Source: Cenarchaeum sp.
GTDB taxonomy: Archaea; Thermoproteota; Nitrososphaeria; Nitrososphaerales; Nitrosopumilaceae
Assembly: GCA_965242695.1 (NCBI GenBank)
Contig: CBDESU010000001.1
Span: 1,120,001 to 1,184,000 of the forward strand
Direction of reading: 5' to 3'
DNA length: 64,000 nt
Each line of letters begins with the position of its first letter. Position 1 is the stretch's first letter. The notes beneath the pieces are model-generated. The model was not told the DNA's origin. It did not search any database and saw only the letters and a program-made list of their open reading frames with translations. Positions 58,214 through 64,000 of this stretch are shown here, one piece after another. A program made the translations under genes and the position numbers.

Positions 58214-59569
58214 CTGAAGCACACGGGGGCCCACAGCCCCGCGCCACCGCCGACGGGGCAGGACCTGCAGGCCATAATCGAGGACCTGTGCGCCGTCGTG
58301 CGCGAGTGGTACTCGGACTCGAGGCACGCCCCGCGGGCCATATCGGCCGCCTGCATCTCGGCCATCGAGCAGCTGTGCAGGCACCTCATCGCCCTGCAGC
58401 TGAGCAGGGACGACAGCACCATGCCCCGGACCCTGACGATCGACATCGTCAGCCTGGCGCGCGCCGCCGGCATGCCCCCGGCCGTCCTCGTCTCGTTTAC
58501 GTACAACTTTCAGAGCGTCGAGGTCATCATAGAGGTGCTGCGCGGTCACGGCATCACCGACCCGTTCAAGGGCGACGAAAAGCTCAAGCGCGACTACGAC
58601 GCCCTGGCCGCGTTCAGGCACGACCGCATCCACACGTCGACGTACGAGGGCCTCGACGGGCCCGCCGCGTACGGGACGACCGAGCGCCTCGCGTTCATCC
58701 TGCCGCAGGACTTTCCCGACACGGCGATCGACATGCGCCTGTTCCAGGGCGACACGTTCAGGAGAATGCGCCTCTGGGAGATGTCGAAAAGGGGCTATGA
58801 AAAGGCGCTGGAGCTGTGCGTTGTACAGGTCGCCGAGAGCCCGGACAGTGCCGAGGTGCATTCAAAGACGGGGCTGGCGCTCGCCGGCCTGGGGCGGTAC
58901 GAGGAGGCGCTGGCATCGTACGCCAAGGCGATCGAGCTCGAGCCGGATCGCGCCGTCACGCACCTTGGCAGGGCCCAGGCGCTGGCAAAGATGGGCCACG
59001 GCGAGGAGGCGCTTGCGGCGTACGACCGCACGGTCGAGCTTGCCCCGTCCCTCGCAGAGGCGCACCTGCGCAGGGCTGACCTGCTGGCCGGCATGGGCCG
59101 ACACGAAGAGGCGCTGTCCTCGTGCGACACGGCGCTCGGCATCGACGATGCGATGCACAGGGCTCACCTGCTAAGGGGCGACATCTTGGCGGGCATGGGC
59201 CGCGAAGACGAGGCCATGGCCGCGTACGACAAGTCTGTTGAACTGGCCCGGTACGACGAGGATGTGCATCTGCAGCGGGGCGACCTACTAGCGCAGATGG
59301 GCCGCGCCGATGATGCGCTGGCCTCGTACGACCGGGCAATCAGGCTGGACGACGGGTACGCCGAAGCGCACGCCCGCAAGGCAAAGCTACTTGCGGCTCT
59401 CGGCCGCACCGACGATTCCCTGTACTTTTACAACAGGGCCATAGAGATCAACCCCCGCTACGCCCGCGCGCTTGCCGGCAAGGGGAGCGTCCTAGCGCGC
59501 ATGGGCAGAACCGCCGAGTCTGCCGAGTGCCACAGGGCAGCGCATGTTTTGGATGCCGGCAGATACTAG
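58214..59569 (+). CDS. HEPN-TPR fusion, copy 3 (IS inserted just upstream; CTG at the homologous start position)
   Basis: Frame is open from CTG 58214, which aligns with the ATG of copy 2; RHDRIH intact. Confidence 0.7.
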   Translation: MKHTGAHSPAPPPTGQDLQAIIEDLCAVVREWYSDSRHAPRAISAACISAIEQLCRHLIALQLSRDDSTMPRTLTIDIVSLARAAGMPPAVLVSFTYNFQSVEVIIEVLRGHGITDPFKGDEKLKRDYDALAAFRHDRIHTSTYEGLDGPAAYGTTERLAFILPQDFPDTAIDMRLFQGDTFRRMRLWEMSKRGYEKALELCVVQVAESPDSAEVHSKTGLALAGLGRYEEALASYAKAIELEPDRAVTHLGRAQALAKMGHGEEALAAYDRTVELAPSLAEAHLRRADLLAGMGRHEEALSSCDTALGIDDAMHRAHLLRGDILAGMGREDEAMAAYDKSVELARYDEDVHLQRGDLLAQMGRADDALASYDRAIRLDDGYAEAHARKAKLLAALGRTDDSLYFYNRAIEINPRYARALAGKGSVLARMGRTAESAECHRAAHVLDAGRY

Positions 59570-59692
59570 ACGACCGGCGCTCAACCGCATCCCCAATGCA
59601 CGTCCAGCGACCCATCCATGCCGTGTACCAGCAAGAAACAAAATGAGAATAAAAACAAAAAAAAGCTCCGAGAGATGCCCGCGTGCCCGCCG

Positions 59693-59887
59693 CTAGGGAA
59701 TCTCGGCAAAGCTTTCTTGGAGCCGGCGCTCTTCATCGGCCTTTCGGCCAATCTCATCTAGCTCTTCCAGCGACATGCTGTTCAAGCGGGCCGCCCGCTC
59801 CCAGTCCTCGGGCGTCAGCTTGGCTCTAGCCTCGGCATCCAGCCTATCAAGGTACTCGGACTTGCCGCTTTCCATTCCGTCGACCAT
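59693..59887 (-). CDS. Small charged protein, copy 3 (64 aa)
   Basis: Close to 53740-53934; TATA box at ~59909-59915; A-tract at 59635-59663. Confidence 0.75.
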   Translation of the reverse strand: MVDGMESGKSEYLDRLDAEARAKLTPEDWERAARLNSMSLEELDEIGRKADEERRLQESFAEIP

Positions 59888-60095
59888 GAGGGGCCCGCAC
59901 AAGGCCCCTTTATAAGGATTCCGTGTCCTGTGCTCGGCTCAGGTGCCGGCCGGAGCATACGGCCCCCAATTCTTTGACAATGCCTCGCCACCGGCCGATT
60001 GCGCCCTGCGCCCGTTGTGTCGTTCACGCATCCCGAAGGTCTACCGTGCGCTGCCGGCGCCGGCCACAGACCGATCTTCACTGCGTTGTTTCGCT

Positions 60096-61010
60096 ATGCC
60101 GAAACAGAGAAAAGTCGTCAGCCTCACGCAGGCGCTGACGGGGCAGGATCTGCAGGCCATAATCGAGGACCTGTGCGCCATCGTGCGTGAGTGGTACTCG
60201 GACTCGAGGCATGCCCCGCGGGCCATATCGGCCGCCTGCATCTCGGCCATCGAGCAGCTGTGCAGGCACCTCATCGCCCTGCAGCTTAGCAGGGACGGCA
60301 GCACCGTGCCCCAGACCCTGACGATCGACATCGTCAGCATGCACCGCGCCGCCGGCATGCCCCCGGCCGTCCTCGTCTCGTTCGCGTACAACTTTCAGGG
60401 CGTCGAGGTCATCATAGAGGTGCTGCGCGGGCACGGCATCGGCGACCCGTTCAGGGGCAAGGAGTGGCCGAAGCGCGACTATGGCATCCTGGTAGAGTTC
60501 AGGCACGGCCGCATCCACACGTCGACGTACAAGGACTTTAACAGGCCCGCCGCGTGCGAGACGGCAGGGATCCTCGCAGTCAGGCCGCCGCGGCAGTTTC
60601 CCGACATGCTCATCGACATGCGCCTGCTGCACGGTACGCCGGCCCATGGGCAATCTGCTCGCATGCAGGGGCCGCGCAGGGACCGGCCGCGTGCGGCAGC
60701 GCAGGGTCGCGACGGCGGGCGCGCAGGGGCGCGCGCCCGCAGCCGTCGCCCGCGACTTCGAATGAGCCGCCCCGACAACCCGGACGGCGGGCGCGCAGGG
60801 GCGCGCGCCCGCAGGGCCTGCCGTCCGCGGCGCCCGGCCGCGCCGAGTCGCCCCCCTCCCTCGTTTTTTGTGCGCTCGCAGGCCGCGCGGCGTGCATTCA
60901 GGTTCAAGGCGATCGCCGCCCATGGTGGGCGAGGGGGGCAGGACGCCGAGGGGAGGGGCGGCCGTGCTAGGCATGCATGCCCATGGATGCCAGACTCGGG
61001 CATCATCTAG
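60096..61010 (+). pseudogene. Truncated HEPN-TPR copy 4 (HEPN domain only; homology ends at ~60633)
   Basis: MPKQRKVVSLTQALTGQDL...RHGRIH...DMRLLHG, then runs into GC-rich low-complexity sequence with a 32-bp direct repeat (60711 and 60783). Confidence 0.7.
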
Positions 61011-61506
61011 CATGGCAGGGTGCAGAACGGCCGGCGGGTGGAGGCGAACGCATCCGGCCCGCAGCACCCGCCGCATCGGAGGCGGCGCGGCGCACGTCCA
61101 CGAACGTGCGGTACGTGCCGGCGATGCCAGAGGCCGTCACTGCCGGATCGGACACGCCAAGCTTGGCGACGGCAAGCGAGGCCGCATGGCCCTCGGCCTC
61201 GTACGTGCAGGCGGCAGAGCCGGCCGGTGCGGACGGCACGGCATTCCACTCCGCCGCAAGGCCGCCGATCTCGCCGGAGGCGGCCGGATCGCCGGGCGGG
61301 GGGGCGCATCCGGATGCGGGCGGCGCGGCGGCGGATCGCAGCGATTGGGCTGCGCCGCCGCCGCATGCGGAATTGCGGCTGCGGCATGGGGCGCCCCGCG
61401 CGCACTGCGATGCGCTGCGCCAAGCCGCGCGCCCGGGCCGTCCCGCGCCGCGCCGGCGCCCGGATACGTGCACCGCTTTTAATGCAGGCCGCATCGCCGG
61501 CTGCAA

Positions 61507-61959
61507 ATGCAGAGGCTCTACATCGGGCTGGCCGCAGCCGGCGCCGCGGCCGCTGCCGCAGGCGCGTTCGGAGGGCTCGCCATGTGGGGCGAGGAGATCG
61601 GCCCGGCCGCGCACATGACCGACGAGGCGCGCCATGCAATGGCCGAGGCCGCCGCCTACGAGCAGGGCGCCGCGGCCCTGCGCGCCGACCTCGAGGCGTT
61701 CGCCTCCGACATGCCGCCCGGCCTGCCCGGCGAACCAGGCGAGCACGAGGCATACCTGGCAGCCAACCGGGATGTGGCTCGGGCCGCCGAGGAGTATGCG
61801 GCGGCAATGCGGGCCGCCTCCGCCGACGGCAGGATATCGAGCGGCGAGGACACGGCGATACGGGCCGCGGATGCGGCATTCCTGCGCGCCGAGCTCGAGG
61901 CGGAAGCGGCGCTCCTCGACTCGCCCGCCGGCCACATGGCAGAGGCCGGCGAGACGTAG
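61507..61959 (+). CDS. Small exported or membrane-anchored acidic helical protein
   Basis: TTTTAAT at ~61477-61483; hydrophobic N-terminus YIGLAAAGAAAAAAGAFGGLAMW. Confidence 0.65.
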   Translation: MQRLYIGLAAAGAAAAAAGAFGGLAMWGEEIGPAAHMTDEARHAMAEAAAYEQGAAALRADLEAFASDMPPGLPGEPGEHEAYLAANRDVARAAEEYAAAMRAASADGRISSGEDTAIRAADAAFLRAELEAEAALLDSPAGHMAEAGET

Positions 61960-62138
61960 GAGGGGGAGGCTCCCGGCGCAGCCGCGCCCCATGCGCGCCT
62001 GCCAGGGCCGGACGGCCTCGTACGAGGATGCCGCCCGCCTCCCCCCCCCCAAAGGCCAGGTCAAAAAAAGTTGACCGCTTGTGAGGATTTTCCGGCCCCA
62101 TACACTCTTAAGCGCACGGTCGCTAGCAGGGGGTTGGT

Positions 62139-62286
62139 TGTGACGGAAGAGGAGAGGGAAAGGGCGAGAAGGCTGTACGGGGGCGACGTTCCTGCGAAGA
62201 TACATATAGTAGACCTTGGCTTTAGGATCGAAAATACGACCATCTCTAAGATACGCGCCCTGTATCCAGAGAAGCGGCAGAAGTGA
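62139..62286 (+). CDS. Small hypothetical protein (start uncertain, 62071 or ~62139)
   Basis: Lower-GC ORF with natural composition (EEERERARRLYGGDVPAKIHIVDLGFRIEN); CTTAAG at ~62107. Confidence 0.4.
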
Positions 62287-62327
62287 GCGTCGGGTCGCCC
62301 CACTCCCTGCCCCGCCGTCCCGCCCGA

Positions 62328-63272
62328 CTAGGTGGCAAAAATGTACAGCGCCAACGCAATAGGCACGAGGTACAGGGGAAGAAGGCCGTTGCGGATGTAC
62401 GCGTCGTCTATGAAGCGAGGGACGACCATGCTTGTCGCCACCACAAACAGCAGGAGAGGCAGTTCGTGGCGCAGCAGTTCGTCAACTGCAGACCCGATCG
62501 GAGTGCCATCGGCGGCGACCAGTGGAGCCAGTCCCAGCGCTATGGACAGCGGCGAGAGCAGTGCGACCGCCGCGATCGGCAGTGCGAGGACGGACCGTTT
62601 TGGGCGAAGCGCATGGGACAGGACGGCGCCGCTTTGCCCGCGATCGACGTTGAACTGCACGCTTGTTTCCGAATCGTTGCAAAATATGGCGTAGCTGTTG
62701 TCCTTCCACGAGCCCATGGGTTTTTGGACATCGCCCTCTATCCTCGAGTACCTGCGCCTCACGATGTCGTAGTGTTCTGGCTTGCGGAGTATCCAAAACG
62801 CCGGAAAGGGAAGCTGGGACGGCACCTCAATCAAAATCGAGCCCCTATGCCAGCTGCGCGCGGCCGACAGCAGCCCGCCCCGTCCCTTGGAGTGGTCATA
62901 CTTTAGGTGTATAATGCGCACCTCGTTCGCCTGCAGGCGCTTGTGGGGCGGGATCTTTATCCACAGCAGGCGAATCTGGCGCTTGTTTATGGCATCCATG
63001 ATGCCGCCCGGGTCCGAACCAGGCTGGTCTGAGTATGCTCTAGTCCGGAGTATGTTACGAACGTCCTCGTTGGACAAGAGGGGATATTCTTCGCCGGACG
63101 AATCAACCACCCTCAGGCCAGGCAGGAAGTCCATAGAATGCAGCACGATGTTGTCGATCGCCTTGTCTCCGCACCGTATGGTAACCTCCGTGTCTATTTG
63201 CGTCACCTGGCCGTGCCTGTGATCAAGAAAGTTCCTTGTGCGCACGATCTCGTAGCGCCTGCCCTTGCCCAC
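62328..63272 (-). CDS. Hypothetical protein with a beta-rich N-domain and three C-terminal TM helices; start uncertain
   Basis: Protein-like from GKGRRYEIVRTRNFLD; hydrophobic segments VLALPIAAVALLSPLSIALGL, LPLLLFVVATSMVV and LLPLYLVPIALALYIF. Confidence 0.7.
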   Translation of the reverse strand: MGKGRRYEIVRTRNFLDHRHGQVTQIDTEVTIRCGDKAIDNIVLHSMDFLPGLRVVDSSGEEYPLLSNEDVRNILRTRAYSDQPGSDPGGIMDAINKRQIRLLWIKIPPHKRLQANEVRIIHLKYDHSKGRGGLLSAARSWHRGSILIEVPSQLPFPAFWILRKPEHYDIVRRRYSRIEGDVQKPMGSWKDNSYAIFCNDSETSVQFNVDRGQSGAVLSHALRPKRSVLALPIAAVALLSPLSIALGLAPLVAADGTPIGSAVDELLRHELPLLLFVVATSMVVPRFIDDAYIRNGLLPLYLVPIALALYIFAT

Positions 63273-63605
63273 AGCCCGCGGCCACAGGCCAGGTATTTGC
63301 CCCTTCGGCAGACCGTAGTGGGGGAAGTGGTGCGGACGTGCCCCTTCTCCCCCCCTCTCCCCCGCCCGCTCCGCCTTGAGATGCTGATCCCACCGCCACA
63401 TTCTGCCCTCAACCCTGCGGCCGACATGTATGTGCCCACTCTCCCGCCAGGCCACAAGGCGTGCCTCCGGCGCACATCTGATGGCACCGCTCGCAGATCG
63501 ACCTAGCCGCAGGGAGCAGCCCTGTGCCCCACCCCCACCCCCACCCTCCCTTCCGCCCCGCGCAGGCCCGCACCGCATAAATCGGCCCCTCGGCGCCCGC
63601 GCGGC

Positions 63606-64000
63606 ATGGGCGGCGCGGGGGAGGGCAGCAGAGGCGGCGGCCGCATAGGCATAGAGATCGGCAGGGACGCAGGGAGCTCCAAGTGGATCGGCGCGCCGCA
63701 GGACATTGCATCCTGCGAGGACGCCGTCCGGCGCGATCCGGGAAGCTTTGGGGCCCGCATGGACCTGGCCGCGGCCCTGGCCGGCGCAGGGCGCGCCGAC
63801 GACGCGCTCGCCGAGCTCGACGCGGCGGCGCGGCTTGACGGGCCGCGCGTCGAGGCGATCGCCATGCGCGGCGCCGTCCTCATGGGCGCCTCGCGGCACG
63901 CCGAGGCCGTGGCCGCGTTCGAGGCGGCCGTCGAGTCCGACCCGGGCCGCGCGGCGTTCCACATGGGGCGCGCCGCCGCATGCGCCGAGCTCGGCAGGCA
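63606..64000 (+). CDS. TPR-repeat protein (5' part; runs off the window), paralog of 1049 and 3488 genes
   Basis: ATG after the shared promoter motif (63568-63589); translates to ...DPGSFGARMDLAAALAGAGRADDALAELDAAARLDG... Confidence 0.8.
   Translation, partial: MGGAGEGSRGGGRIGIEIGRDAGSSKWIGAPQDIASCEDAVRRDPGSFGARMDLAAALAGAGRADDALAELDAAARLDGPRVEAIAMRGAVLMGASRHAEAVAAFEAAVESDPGRAAFHMGRAAACAELGR

Overview
Very GC-rich archaeal DNA, most likely a Nitrosopumilaceae/Cenarchaeum-like (probably host-associated) thaumarchaeon. This is inferred from the CFI-box-CTERM-type tail GGCLIATAAYGTELAPQVQALRELRD and from TATA boxes about 25 nt before mostly leaderless starts. I recognise no housekeeping genes, rRNA, tRNA or CRISPR array; the window is an accessory region made largely of tandemly amplified modules. 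In order: (1) a Zn-finger gene and two TPR genes flanking a decayed HEXXH-like gene; (2) a degraded IS3-family element; (3) a five-unit tandem array (~5.8-16.5 kb) pairing a divergent proteasome-beta-like Ntn peptidase (T1/D17/K32/G47) with a variable ~430-aa alpha-solenoid protein; (4) a 2.7-kb tandem duplication of an unknown gene plus a PD-(D/E)xK nuclease gene; (5) three coiled-coil genes built from 15/11/7-residue repeats; (6) a RelE-type toxin-antitoxin pair between duplicated CFI-box tails; (7) an ~8,000-aa secreted surface protein with 10 beta-propeller/Ig modules and a 20-aa-repeat stalk; (8) a four-unit array of HEPN(RxxxxH)-TPR fusion genes, each intact copy followed by a small convergent charged-protein gene, interrupted by a complete ISH3-like IS with TIRs and 5-bp target duplication. 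The best candidates for undescribed systems are the proteasome-like peptidase/alpha-solenoid array and the HEPN-TPR array. All family calls come from motifs read by eye; no database searches were run.
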